Assembly (NCBI GenBank): GCA_951406725.2
Contig: OX597821.1
Location: 80,724,001-80,788,000, forward strand
DNA length: 64,000 nt
Source of the DNA: Octopus vulgaris
Taxonomy: Eukaryota
Reading direction: 5' to 3'
A program made the position numbers and the translations under genes. A model generated the notes under the pieces. That model saw only the letters and a list, made by a program, of their open reading frames with translations, was not told the DNA's origin and did not search any database. Shown one piece after another: positions 26,146 through 39,421 of this stretch (position 1 is the first letter of the stretch; every line of letters begins with the position of its first letter).

Positions 26146-28818
26146 TGTTGTGGATTTCCACTTCGGCATGACTATCGAGTAAAGTAACATATTATTGTAT
26201 AGATAAATTTCCTCTATTTACATAATATTGAGGTCTCTTTCTTTCTTTTGTTATCTTACCGTTTTACCAATAATTCACCTCCCGGACGACGTTATTCTCA
26301 ACTAAGAGCTAATACGGCCTTTTTGGATTATCGCCTAACATCGGTTGAGGACTCTCACACACACAAGAATTTAATATGGATGCATATCACATAGATTATT
26401 CTATGAAAAATATACCGATCCCATCAAAGGAATTTTACTCTAAGAAACTTCTACAGAAAATTACTGATCTAATTAAGCGCATGAGATGGAAGGCTTTCTT
26501 TTTTGATACAGAAGCGGACACCACGGAAAACACTTTCTATCGTATAAAATCCAAAAAATTCCCTCCCAGGATTAAAGGCTTGGAAGATTTCGAAGCGGAC
26601 CTGCTGAAAATTATGAGCAAAATAAAATTTCGTAAGTCTTTTAACGATTTCCAACATAAATTGAAAAAAGATATTAAACATATAAAAAGCTCCAAGAAAA
26701 AAGCACTTTTTTCGGACAAAACTAAGAACTTATACCTGGTAGATAACAGCAAATACACACAACTCCTACACAACAGCATCATTAATAATTACACTAAGGC
26801 TAACGAAATTAATAAAGAAGCTAGCGTCATCGCCGCTAAACTTAAATTAGATAAAAAAAATAGAAGCCCTCCCCCAAAAAGAGGCCTTTATTACTATTAA
26901 ATATCATAAAGAAAACTTCCTTTCCAACCCTAAATGTAGGCTTATCAACCCAGCCAAGTCAGAACTTGGGATAATTACTAAAGAAATTTTAGATAAAATA
27001 AATGCGAAAATTAAGACCGATACTAGGCTAGTACAATGGTCCAATAGTATAGAAGTCGTAGACTGGTTTAAAGCTATTAAGAATAAGAAAAAAGCGAGGT
27101 TTACACAATTCAATATTGTTGATTTTTATGCCTCTATCTCTAAAGAACTGCTAGATAAGCCCTCATCTTCGCTAGCGACTTCATAGAAATTAGTACCAAT
27201 GATAAGGACATAATCTTCCATGCTAGAAAGACCTTACTTTTCAGTGAGAACGCAAAGTGGGTAAAAAACACCGACTCAGAGGGCGCTTTCGATGTGAGCA
27301 TAGGTTCATATGATGGGGCAGGCATCTGCGATCTAATTGGATTTTTTCTCCTAGATACCTTAGGTAAGACATTCCCTAACGTACATTTCGCCATCTACAA
27401 AGATGATGCCCTCGCCTTAACAGCTAATACAAATGGACCAGCACAAGATCGTTTTAGGAAGGATATTATCCAGTTAATGAAATACTTCGGACTTAGTATA
27501 ACTATAGATACTAACCTGACGGTTGTCAATTTCTTAGACGTTTCCTTAGATCTTAATAAGAATATTTATAAGCCTTATAGGAAGCCCAATGATAGACTAA
27601 GTTATATTAATGTAGGTTCATGCCATCCCCCTATAGTATTCAAAAATTTAGTTAAAAATATTAGTAAGAGGATTTCTAGCCTCTCCTCTGATAAGGACAT
27701 CTTCAAAAGCGTTGCCCCAGTTTATAATAAGGCTTTAAAAGATAGTGGTTTTAGCGGAAAAATAAAATATACACCTATCACTAGCCCAACAGTAAGGAAA
27801 AGGAATAATAGAAATAGGAAGGTCATCTGGTTTATGCCCCCTTACTCACCCGAGGTGGCCTTCAATATAGGTAAATATTTCCTAGCACTGATAGATAGAC
27901 ATTTTCCAGTTAACCATACTTATAGGAAACTCTTCAATAGACGCAATTTAAAAATTAGTTTTAGTTCCACTACCAATTTTAAAAACATAATCAAACATAA
28001 CATACAAAAAACACAACAAGAAAACAGCTGTTCATGCAGGAATAAAGAATTGTGCCCGCTAACTGGAGCTTGCATGTCCAAAACCATCATATATGAAGCT
28101 ACCGTAAACTCTATAACCACTAAAGACACCGTTTCGACGAAGAAATACATGGGCCTTACAGAGGGTAACTTCAAGGCCAGGTTCAATAACCACACTTTGA
28201 GCTTTAGGCACTGGAACAAAAGAAAAGCGACACAATTATCTAATCATATTTGGTCTTTAAGAGATAAAGGTGTTGATTATAACCTACATTGGAAGATTTT
28301 GGCCAGATGTAAGCCCTATACCAACGGCAGCAGAAGGTGCGGTCTATGCGACATGGAGAGATGGCTTATCTGGAAAAGCAGCTTAGACCCTATTACATGT
28401 CTAAGCACAAGGACAGAACTTTTCGGATCATGCCCATATGTGACTAAATTTCTGTTACGTTTTTGGTCCCCTAAAGAAAACAGATAGAACATGCTTTCTA
28501 TGTTATGTCCCAAGAAGATTTTATATATTTTTTATGTATTTTTATGAAGAAAAATGCGAGCAATGTATAAGTACGCAGGCAAGCAGAGTTATAACACAGT
28601 AATTTCCCTTTGTATAACGGTATTTTTTCATAGCGTTTTCAAATAGCCAGATAACCGAAGAGATGGTGTTGTGGATTTCCACTTTGGCATCTGAAACTCA
28701 GAGTTTTATCTTGACTATCGAATAATGTAACATATTATTGTATAGATAAATTTCCTCTATTTACATAATATTGAGGTCTCTTTCTTTCTTTCTTTTGTTA
28801 TCTTACCGTTTTACCAAT
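26146..28818 (+). mobile_element. Near-full-length Penelope-like element (RT plus C-terminal GIY-YIG) with direct pseudo-LTRs, frameshifted, in SKA1 intron 1
   Basis: ORF pieces 26376-26900, about 26870-27160 and about 27160-28487: YSMKNIPIPS start, GSYDGA and YKDD RT motifs, CxC..CP linker, IIYEA...KYMGLTE..FKARFNNH endonuclease. Direct repeats at 26146-26270 and 28667-28818. Confidence 0.92.
28644..28717 (+). ncRNA. Variant or degenerate type I hammerhead in the 3' pseudo-LTR of the PLE
   Basis: AGATAA CCGAAGA GATG...CATC T GAAAC-TCAGA-GTT TTATCT: stems I and II pair; the core has CCGA instead of CUGA and an extra T before GAAA. Confidence 0.55.
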
Positions 28819-29759
28819 ATATATCGGGCATGGCTGTGTGGTTAGGGAGCTTGCTTCCTAGCTACATGGTTTCGGGTTCAGTCCCACTGCGTGGCACTTT
28901 GGGTAGGTGTTTTCTACTATAGCCCCGAGCCGACCGAAGCTTTGTGATTAATTCGGCAGGCGGAAGTTACTGCCGTGTGTGTACATGTACGTGTAGGTGC
29001 TTGTGCCTCTCTGAAAGAGAGAGAGAGGGATGGCAGGAGTGGCTGTGTGGTTAGTAGCTTGTTTACCAACCACATGGTTCCGGGTTCAGTCCTACTGTGT
29101 GGCACCTTGGGCAAGTGTCTTCTACTATAGCCTCGGGCTGACCAAAGCCTTGTGAGTGGATTTGGTAGACGGAAACTGAAAGAAGCCCGTCATGTATATA
29201 TATATATATATATATGCGTGCGTGTATGTGTCTGTGTTTGTCCCCCTAGCATTGCTTGACAACCGATGCTGGTGTGTTTACTTAGCGGTTCTGCAAAAGA
29301 GATCGATAGAATAAGTACTGGGCTTACAAAAGAATAAGTCCCGGGGTCGAGTTGCTCGATTAAAGGCGGTGTTCCAGCATGGCCGCAGTCAAATGACTGA
29401 AACAAGTAAAAGAGAAAGAGAGAGTATATATATATTTATATATATATATGTATGTATGTATACCGGAGTAAACACATAAATGTAAAACAAGGTGGAAAAA
29501 AGAGTACTCAAATACCAGAGGTAGAGTAATATGGTCTATTTTATTTTTAACAAAACTGTCCGACGAACGGCAACGTGAAACTCCAGCTTTTGTTAAATTT
29601 CTGCTGCTTTTAAATAAAGTATATATATAGAGGGAGGCAGGCATTCTTTCACGCGCGCGTGTGTGTATGGGTAATGTTTATATATAATGGTTATTATCTA
29701 GTTTAACACTCGGCCTTTAAATATCTTGGGGTGATCCAAGATATCTGAAATCATCAACA

Positions 29760-29995
29760 TTTTTGATTGATATATTTTTGAGCGATTTAAGTTCAGTTAA
29801 CTTGGAGGAGGTTGTGATAAACTCTGTCTTACTCTCGTTGCAGTGAAGGCCAACCTGGTTTGCTGCTTTCTCCAGTGCTTGTAACAAAGATGTTGCATCT
29901 TTAATACAATCAGATATCGAGGCAAGATCGTCAGCAAAGTCAAGATCAGTTAAATATTGTGCACAATGCCGATTGCTTTGGCAAGGTTTCGAAAG
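29760..29995 (-). mobile_element. RTE-clade RT fragment
   Basis: Minus translation LTDLDFADDLAS...LLQALEKAANQVGLHCNESKTEF. Confidence 0.8.
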
Positions 29996-30483
29996 GAGTG
30001 TCTATGTATGTGTGTCCATGTGAGAATATATAGATACATAGATTAAAACATACATATTATACATATATGTGTGTGTGTGTGTTATTCAGTTTCTGTCTAC
30101 CAAATCCATTCACAAGGCTTTGGTTGCCTGGGACTATAGTAGGAGACACTTGTTCAAGGTGCCATGCAGTGGGACTCAACCTGGAACCGTGTCATTGGGG
30201 GGAAAAGCTTCTTACCACACAGCCACACCTCTGCCAATGGGAATAAAATTTGAGGGGGAAAAAAAAGACTTTTTGAGAGGAGATTCAGATCATTCTCCCT
30301 CTTTCACTTTGATTTTGTTACCACATGTTTCCATCCATGCCAGCGTAGAAGGCAGACGTTAAATGATAAAAAAAAGGAAGAATGATGTATAGTTATGTAT
30401 TTTTAGACATTGACATATACATATAGAGGTTAAAAGAGAATGATTTAAAAATGAATGTTTTTACCGATGCAGGTCAGTCGACA

Positions 30484-30699
30484 ATGGACAATGCGAAAAC
30501 ATTAGGCGAGCTCTTTATACAGTTTCAAGAGAGACTCGATGTTCTAAATAATATGATGAGCTTAAAGGAATGCAAAGGGGAAGATTGGTACAAGACGTCA
30601 ATGTCAAGCATATTCAACCAGTTATCAACTTTTGAAGTTACATTTGCTGCAATAAGAAGCCGTCTCAAGGATTTCAGAGAAGCTTTGGAGAATGCAAAT
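30484..30699 (+). CDS. SKA1: SKA1 coding exon 1 (MDNAKTLGELFIQFQERLDVL...ALENAN), N-terminal coiled coil
   Basis: Acceptor TGCAG| at 30472, ATG at 30484 (ACAATGG context), donor GTAAGT at 30700 (phase 0). Heptad-like helical sequence; the frame joins the next exon. Confidence 0.8.
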
Positions 30700-31134
30700 G
30701 TAAGTTTAGAATATACTTTTACTTTGTTTTATTTATTTTCTTCTGCCATGTTTTTCTGTTGTTTAAAAAAAAGGAAAAATTAAAACCCACCTTCGGTCAT
30801 GAATGACCGTAGGATTCTTCGGTCATGAATGACCGTAGGATTGCACCTAGAAAGTTCCCCTCCGAGGTACGAGTTCACACAAGGTTGTTTATAGAAGACC
30901 AGCAGTCGCCATGCATATCAACCTCCCCTCTCCGTGCCACTGATGTTATCCAAGGCAAAGGTCGATTCAGCTTGGCACCCGTGACGTCACAACTCATTTC
31001 TACAGATGAGTGGACTGGAGCAACATGAAATAAAGTGTCTTGCTCAAGAACACAACACAACCTGGTAATCAAATTTACTACTTCATGATTGTGAGCCCAA
31101 CACTCTAACCACTGAGCCATGTGCTTCTGTTGCC

Positions 31135-31183
<49 letters not shown>

Positions 31184-31322
31184 GCATTAGGAAGGGCATC
31201 CAGCTGTAGAAACCAAGCCAAACCAGACTGGAATTTGGTGCATCTTTCTGGCTTACCAGTTCCAGTCAGACCGTTTAACCCATACCAGCATGGAAAGCAG
31301 ACACTAAATGATGATGATATTA

Positions 31323-31363
<41 letters not shown>

Positions 31364-31805
31364 AATGCAGGAGTGGCTGTAAGCCTTGTGGTTCCATGTT
31401 TAGTCCCACTATGTGGAGCCTTGTGTAAGTGTCTTCTGTAATAACCTCGGGCTGACCAAAGCCTGCTGAGTGGATTTGGTAGGTGGAAATTGAAAGAATC
31501 CCGTCATATATATATATATGTGTGTGTCTGTCTGTCTGTCTCCTCCCACCCATTGCTTGACAACTGATGCTGGTGTGTCTACGTCCTCATAACTTAGCGC
31601 TTCAGCAAAAGAGACCGAAAGAATAAGTACTTGGCTTACAATGGATAAGTCCTGGGATCAATTTGTTCAACTAAAGGCAGTGCTCCAGCATGGCCACAAT
31701 CAAATGACTGAAACAAATAAAAGAGATATATGCTTGAGACATTCAAACCTGTAAGAAGGCCATTCACTATATATTATGTCTTAGAGAAAAATTCATGCTT
31801 TAGAC

Positions 31806-32058
31806 CAGAGGTTCTCAAACTTTTGGGGCTCCCCACCTCATGGCCACATAACACCCTCAGCGCCCCCATCCCTATTTTTATGTATAAATAAATATCTTAT
31901 ATTTTACTAATTCATATTCTATAATTTGTATACAAAAACTATAATAATAGTATAAATTCATAGCATCCCCGAATCTACTGCCTTCCTCCCAATACCTCCT
32001 TTTTCTCTACCGCCCCCTTAGACATCAGTGCCCATCTGGACCCTCTTGAGAACCTATG
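31806..32058. mobile_element. hAT-type MITE
   Basis: TIRs CAGAGGTTCTCAA / TTGAGAACCTATG; 8-bp TSD CTTTAGAC / CTGTAGAC (1 mismatch). Confidence 0.8.
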
Positions 32059-32794
32059 CTGTAGACAAATAGTTATAAAATCGCTTCTTACCCAAGTTGA
32101 TAGATGCCTGCATTCTGGAGTAGTTATCTCGTCTTTGGCATCAAACACTGGAAAGGGAAGTTCTACAAACTAACAATGAAAGACCAAGTCTCTCTTATAT
32201 TCCAGTCAATGTACTGAGACTTGTGCTAATCAGCGGTCTTCTCTTTGACTAACATACACAGGTGCAGGTACACGATCATAGCTATACTGGATTCATTCTT
32301 CTAATTATTCCTAAATCTAAAGACAGTTTATAAGCAGAATCATTAGAGTGTCAGACACAGTGTCTTGCAGTATTTAATTATGGTAATTCTTCATTCCAAG
32401 TTCAAATTGTACAGAGGTCATCTTTACTATTCATTCTCCCTGTGTTGATAAAATAAAAGTTCCTGCCAAATCCTGCAGCCAACGATATTAATCTAACTCC
32501 TTCCCCATTAAAATTAAAAATGATATCCTTTACTTAAATTAGAGACAATTATTCCTAAGTTCATCATCATCATCATCATCGTCGTTTAGCGTCCGTTTTC
32601 CATGCTAGCATGGGTTGGACGGTTCTACTGGGGTCTGTGAAGCCAGAAGGCTTCATCAGGCCCAGTCAAATCTGGCAGTGTTTCTACGGCTGGATGCCCT
32701 TCCTAACGCCAACCACTCCGTGAGTGTAGTAAATGAAATGAATTTGTTGGGGTTTTTTCTTTCTCTTTTTTTTTACTCTACTTTTTATGTTTAA

Positions 32795-34021
32795 TCCTTC
32801 CATTACTAACCCGGCCGGAAAATTATTTGGTTCATAATACCAACCTGGCCGAGAGAACCTATTGTTATTTAAATGTAAATTTGAACCCAAATCTCATTGG
32901 TACATTCGTTAAAGCATGTGATTTCACATTGTAAATAGTTAAGTTATAGTATCCGACATTGCTTGACATGATATCTCAACTCAGTGAATTTTGGGAGATT
33001 TTTTTCCACATTTTTTCAGCATTGATTTTTCTTCAACTTTGAAAATGGATAGGAGTTTCATGTTATCAAGCATTGATTCCAAATTTAAAGCTTTTTCAAC
33101 GGAAAATAGGGAGATATCGAGAAAAAGAATGACTGAGGTACAACAGCACTTGGTGTACAATAATTAATAGGATATTTTTTTATCCATTAACCGAAAGCAG
33201 CGATTCCGAAGAAACAAATCGGCAATGGCGACAGCAAAGACGGTTTTACATTGGAATGAAGTAAAAAACTTTAAAAATGTTTTTATTAGCAATTTTTCTG
33301 GGGAGATAGTTTATCTATAGTCTTTCTTAGGAAGCGAAGCCATTAGACTTTTATTTTTTCAGTATGCTTGTTTGAAGCGATCACTTTGGAAACAAATTTA
33401 CGCAGATTGTAAACAAACACAAAAGTTTGGAAAATTTGTGAAGCAAATACTGGGTACTGCTGTGGATTTAGTTTTATACAAGGAAAATAATGTTAGTCAG
33501 CGTGGCCTAGGGAACGATGTGGTCTGGAATTTATCACTTCCATACCATAACCAGGGCAGTATATTATTTTTTGACCGATTTCTTTAGTTCGGTCAAACTT
33601 GTGGTGGATTCCAGTATTTCAGTTTATTCCACCTTTATGGTACGCCTGTTGTGCATTAAATTCAACTGATGATTTAGTGATGTGCACAATTCTTCTTTAT
33701 CAAAATTTTGTTGCATATCCATTTGAATATTAGCTGATGATTCATTTTCTATGGTGATGTTTAAACAAAATTTTAATATTTTTACCTTTTGCTCAATTTA
33801 CCTGGATTTACCTGTAATTAAAGTCACTTTGAGACAAAAGTTATGCAATAGAATTGATTAAGAACCCTTTCTTTAATTATGTTCCAAATATCACATTAAT
33901 ATGTTGATAAGTAAAAAAGTTACAGTTATTTAATGAAACAAGCCTAGATTCATGATTATTTTAGAATTTAATTGAAACTCATGAGGGATGTATTTTGGTC
34001 AGAAATATAGTAACGAAAGGG
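32795..34021 (+). mobile_element. Decayed piggyBac-type element
   Basis: TTAA at 32791-32794 and 34022-34025; TIRs TCCTTCCATTACTA / TAGTAACGAAAGGG; internal remnant GLGNDVVWNLSLPYHNQGSILFFDRF resembles the piggyBac transposase DNFFTS region. Confidence 0.78.
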
Positions 34022-36782
34022 TTAAATCATTGGGGAAAACAGTAGTCATCACCCTTTACATGAACCCAGGGACTGTTGCAAGAAGCAGAAGCAGGGAGGT
34101 ATCCTCAATCCAGGGACCTGGTCAGAATACTTTCAACAGAGTAAAAGTACCTACTGGGGTTCCAGGTGTAGCAAATAGCTATTTTGAAATACGGCACAAA
34201 TTGGCAATATGACGTTAATGTTGTATTACTGAAGAATTATTATTTTTGTTTTTTTCCATTGGTTAATATAACTGCTCATATAAAGATTCTAAAAAGTTAC
34301 GTAAAGAATATTTGTAATGGATTTCGATTCTTTTAAGTCAAGTTGAGCAGTTATAAAAACCCTGGATTTTGGGAAAAACTTTAGTGTTTGTTGGATGTAA
34401 CTGAACTCCACGACACTCACTCCTTTGAGACATTGGTGATCTTCATGCCATGTCCAAAGAAAATATCAAGTCTATTTTGAATTGTTTATTCATCTATTAG
34501 TTAGCTTTATGAATTAGCTAGTGAATATATAGTCATACTTCTACACGACGAAAATTATCTTTCCTTTCTAATGTAAATAATATAAAATGTTATATTTATA
34601 TAAAAAAAACTAATTAAGAAAATGTTTCTCTTCACGTTTTTTTCAGCTGAGCATAAATAAATATGCATTTCTGTAATCATTAAATTATATTTTCTTATAG
34701 CGGTTAAATGAACACGAAGAAAATATTATACATACATGTCGTTAATATTCATAGCGTTTCATAAGTATATTTCTCTATGGCATTATACACTGTAGTCTGG
34801 ATTTGTGTATAATGATAACACTTAAGTTATAAGTGACGTTTAGTCATTATATTCACCCTTACTCAAAAAAGCCAAATAAAATAAATTATTTCCCAATAGA
34901 AAACAATAAATAGCATTACATTACTGGTACAAAACTAAATAGTATATACTATAATGATATAACCTAAGAGAAAGCTCAAGGTAGCTTAATAACCGCTATA
35001 CAGGTGTTAAATAGGGCAATGGATATGAAGTCCACCACTCCAGTAGCTGGACTACAGTAGGGTTTAAACTCAGTATGCAAAAATAGGAAATTAATACTGG
35101 AAAGCATCTGGACTGGATTAGCCCTTTTTTAAACTTTATTTTATTAACTCTGACAAGATCAGGAATGAAGAGGCCCTTCAACTTGCAGGTCTAACTCCTA
35201 TGCTGGATAGACTCATTGATAGGAATTTTCATTGGTCGCAGAGTATGGACAACACCATAACTCACAACTATACAATGGGGAAAAGAAACCATGGAAGACC
35301 TACACTGAGATTCAAAGATACTGCAAAAAGGAACATGGAATGGAAAGGAATTGTTCATAAGAAATGGCAAACTTGACTGAAAAACCAACTGGTATAAAGA
35401 AAGCTTATCAAATCATGCCAAAACCACGAACAGTCATAGTGACAACTGACTGTAAATAATTTCAGCTCTGAAAAAGTGAAAGAGAATTTTGATCTTGGCT
35501 GGGCTTGAACTCAAAGTACAGAGAATCAAAACATGTACTGTGAGTCATGCCATCCTATTCTCCAATGATTCTGCCAATTCATTACCTATTAACTAATTTG
35601 CTACTTTGGTTAGTTTCCTCTGATTTGAGTTCAATTTTTAGCTGAAGCCATTTTGTTTCCAAAGCTAATGGTCCCTTTTTGACAAATATGACTCTCACAG
35701 TCTTCCAGTTTCTTCTCTTTAAATTTGTCGTAAAGGCCCAGGTGTGGCTGTGTGCTTATGAATTTGCTTCCTGGCCATGTGGTCTTCGGTTCAGTTCCAT
35801 TGTACATAACCATGGGCAAGTGGCATCTGCTACAACCCTGTGCCAACCAAAGCCTTGTGAATGGATGCCATAGGTGGAAATTGAAAGAAGCCTGTCATGT
35901 ATACAACTGTTTGTGTCTACCTTCGTCTTGACGCCACATAATGGTTGTAAATTAGTATCATTGTTAAGCAAGCGAGGTTGTTCGTTTCCAGGTTTCCAAG
36001 AAAAACGTCTGGATTTAGGAAAATATTACCTTGCTTGGAAACAAGAAAGGCATCTGGCTGTAGAAAATCTGCATCAACAAATTCCCTCCTGACCCCTGCA
36101 AGCAAGGAAAAGTGAAAGTCGACGGAGAAGAAAGGCTGTTATTTAGATATGTTTAATTCGTTTTCTTCCAAAGTAATTTACAATGTAAAATTTTAAGGTC
36201 GGGAAAGATGGAGACACTGAAGTCAGTTAATTTTCTTAAGTATTCTTTCAATTCTTTACGGATTTAATCTTCCTGGTCCCACCCCATCCAAGAGGATTAC
36301 AGCAGTGTTTCAACTTGAAATATATTTTGAGCTCTTTTTTTTCTGAAAAGAAACTCTTCATCAAGGGAGATAATTGCTTCTGCCTTGCTGTCATTAATGG
36401 GAGATAACCGCTGTTTGTTTTCCTCTCCTAAAACCAGTCTTAATTAGACTTATCAAAGGCGTACTTTCCGTGACCTTTTCTGTATAGTTTCCGTTTTTTT
36501 TTATGACAGGGTGTGATTTGAGTGAGATTTAGTTGTTATTTCTCACAAAACAATTGACTTGGCTACAAGGCGCACCATCATCATCATCATTTAACGTCCG
36601 TTTTCCATAGTGGCATGGGTTAGAAGGTTCGATCGGAGCTGGCAATCTGAAGAGCTGCAGCAGGTTACAGTCTGATTTGACTTGGTTTCTATGGCTAGAC
36701 GCCCTTCCTAACGCCGACCACTTTACAGTGTGTGTTAGGTGCTTGTAACATGGCACCAGCATGAGTGCATACTACCTATCTG

Positions 36783-36826
<44 letters not shown>

Positions 36827-36884
36827 GTGGTTGCCATTAGGATGGGCATCCAATTGTAAAACCATGCCAAAGCAAGCAGTAGGG

Positions 36885-37523
36885 CAGTAGTTCCCAACCT
36901 GAGTTCCGTGGACCCCTGGTGGTCTGCAAGGTAGTTCTGGGGGCCCAAGAACTAAATTCAGAATTTCATATATCATCATCATCATCATTTAACGTCCGCT
37001 TTCCATGCTAGCATGGGTTGGACAATTTGACTGAGGTCTGGCGAACCAGACTCCAATTTGATCTTGCAGAGTTTCTACAGCTGGATGCCCTTCCTAACGC
37101 CAACCACTCCAAGAGTAGTGGGTACTTTTACGTGCCACTGGCATGAAGGCCAGTTTGGTGGTACTGGCAACAGCCACGCTCAAACGGTGCTTTCTATGTG
37201 CCACCTGCACAGGAGCCAGTCCAGCGACACTTGCGACAACCTTGCTCGAATGTTTTTTCACGTGCCACCAGCAGAAGTGCTAGTAAGGCAACGCGGCAAT
37301 GGTCATGCTGGAATGGTGTGTTTAACGTGCCATTGGCACAGAGGGCAGCTTGTTGCTCTGGCAATGATCTCATTCGTATGGTACTCTTAGCACTCCACTA
37401 GCAACGGATGCCAGTCACCGAGTTTGATTTCGATTTCACATGCCTCAACAGGTGTGTGTAGGCAGGCATATTAAAAGTGGTCCGTGGGAAAATTTATTTC
37501 AATAAAAAGTTCGGGAACTACTG
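36885..37523. mobile_element. hAT-type MITE with perfect 8-bp TSD; contains a family C SINE and is itself inserted in another family C copy
   Basis: TSD CAGTAGGG at 36877-36884 and 37524-37531; TIRs CAGTAGTTCCC / GGGAACTACTG. Confidence 0.88.
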
Positions 37524-38060
37524 CAGTAGGGCTTGGTGCAGTCTTCTGATTTGCTAGCTCATCAAATTGTCCAACCCATGCCCGCATGGAAAGCGCACGT
37601 TAAATGATAATGGTAGCATGTATATATTGTCATCATCATTTAACATCCACTTTTCCATGCTTGTGGTCAGACTGAATTTGTTGAGGCATGTTTTCCATTG
37701 GTGTTGCCAACCCCCACCATTGCCAGAGATGTTTCCCAAGGAAGGCTGGAAATGGAAACGAACATCGCTTGTACAGTGGTGATGCTTATTTACAACCATC
37801 ACATGATTTCAAGTCAAGGGTACGCATACACACACACACATACATATATGACACCTGTTTCTGTCTCTGACACAAGATCCCTTCTTCTAATGCCCCCCCC
37901 TCGCCTCTCAAAATTCCTTGTCTTGCAAGTTACTTGGTGACCCTGCCCATGCTGGTGCCATGTAAAAAGCATCCAAACCACACTATGAAATGGTTGGCAT
38001 TTGGAAGGGCATCCAGCTGTAAAAATGCAATCCCAAGGTCATTCATATACTGAAAAGGTT

Positions 38061-38120
<60 letters not shown>

Positions 38121-38558
38121 ATATAATTATATAAGAATTCCCAGCTGGTGTGTACCAAGACATAGTGATATTTGGGTTGGTATCTGAGAGCAGAGTAAAC
38201 CCACTGGGAATGACGGACTCCTTGTCTTTGTCAAGGCATCCCTCTAGAAGTCTAACTTGTCTTTAAAACCCTGCTACTCTATTGAGCAGGATAGTTTGCA
38301 CTTTGCTTGTCCCTTGATATTGCTAGTGAAAGCCACTAGTGTTGTGCAAGGTGCACTCAAGACTCTTGCACAGGCATTGCTGACACTACCTCTCGAGGAT
38401 GGTCGTGCTCAGCTAATGAGTAGACAGCCTTCATACATAATATATGTGTGAGTGTATAAATATATATAAAATACTGGAATAAATGTGAGGAGTTTGCTAT
38501 GTTTCTACTCAGTTATTTTATCCAATATATTTTTCATTTGTTAAACTACACATTGCAG

Positions 38559-38674
38559 GTTTTAAATGAGAATTTGAAAGAAACAATTGAAACTGCCAAG
38601 CATATGAAGGAGAACTTACCAGAACACCTTAACAATAATAAAGCTACAGTCAAAATCACTCCTGATTCTGCCAG
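38559..38674 (+). CDS. SKA1: SKA1 coding exon 2 (VLNENLKETIETAKHMKENLPEHL...)
   Basis: Acceptor TTGCAG| at 38558, donor CAG|GTTAG at 38675 (phase 2). HMKENLPEHL resembles the SKA1 ENxPxHL motif that ends the N-terminal domain. Confidence 0.85.
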
Positions 38675-39421
38675 GTTAGCACATGAATATTTTTCAATAA
38701 TTTAAGTGTTCATTTTTTTTTTAATACTGTGATAAGTACACCAGTTGTAATCTTGATACTTATTTTGCTTGAAAGCTAACTATGCGTGTGTATCTGTTTG
38801 TATGCACACACACATACACACATGTGCATATTGTTGTGTCCATTAACCCTTTAGCATTTAAACCAGCCAAAATATTCCACCTGTTTTATGTCCGCTCGAG
38901 ATGATTAATAATTTCATTTCTTTTCCCACAGATTCTGCGTTTGCTGCTTCACTGGCAGTTTTATCAATCTTTGCCTTTATTAAATTTGTCCTTGTTCCTG
39001 AGTGGTTATAATTAGCATCTCAGTTTCTCATTTCAGCCTGTTTCTGTCTGTCAGCCATAAGCAGCATTTTCACTTCCAACATCCTCAGTTTGTTAGATGA
39101 ACTGGCCATGTAATTGTCTTCCTCTTCCAGCTACTTTTTCTGTTATTTCCCCTACCGTTTCAGTAATATTTTGGACATTTCAAGCCACTGATAATATTCT
39201 TTCTTCACTACATACAACATAGTCTTTCAAACCCAATACCACAATACTTGCGCTCTCTTCTGCATTTAGCAATCCCCTACCTCTTTCCTTCCTTTCTTGA
39301 TAAGTAGAGTTTGTCAATATTGCTTTTAGAGTAAATCATATTGTGAGTAACTTCTTAGTTCTAACTTCCAAAACATTGTCTTCGTCTGTCATTTATGTTA
39401 ATTTGTTTTATACGAGCCGTT

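Noticed and set aside
26376-28487. Active or domesticated PLE protein gene
   Set aside because: At least two frameshifts and altered catalytic-region residues (FNIVDFY instead of FDI..FY); treated as a dead copy.
30451-30483. Upstream in-frame ATG as the SKA1 start (ORF 30451..30783)
   Set aside because: It lies upstream of an acceptor at 30472; ATG 30484 has better context and gives a normal SKA1 length. The ORF tail past 30699 is intron.
30791-30842. 26-bp tandem duplication (also 14-bp at about 3513-3543 and a 28-bp direct repeat at about 5453/5540)
   Set aside because: Ordinary slippage-type duplications with no evidence of function.
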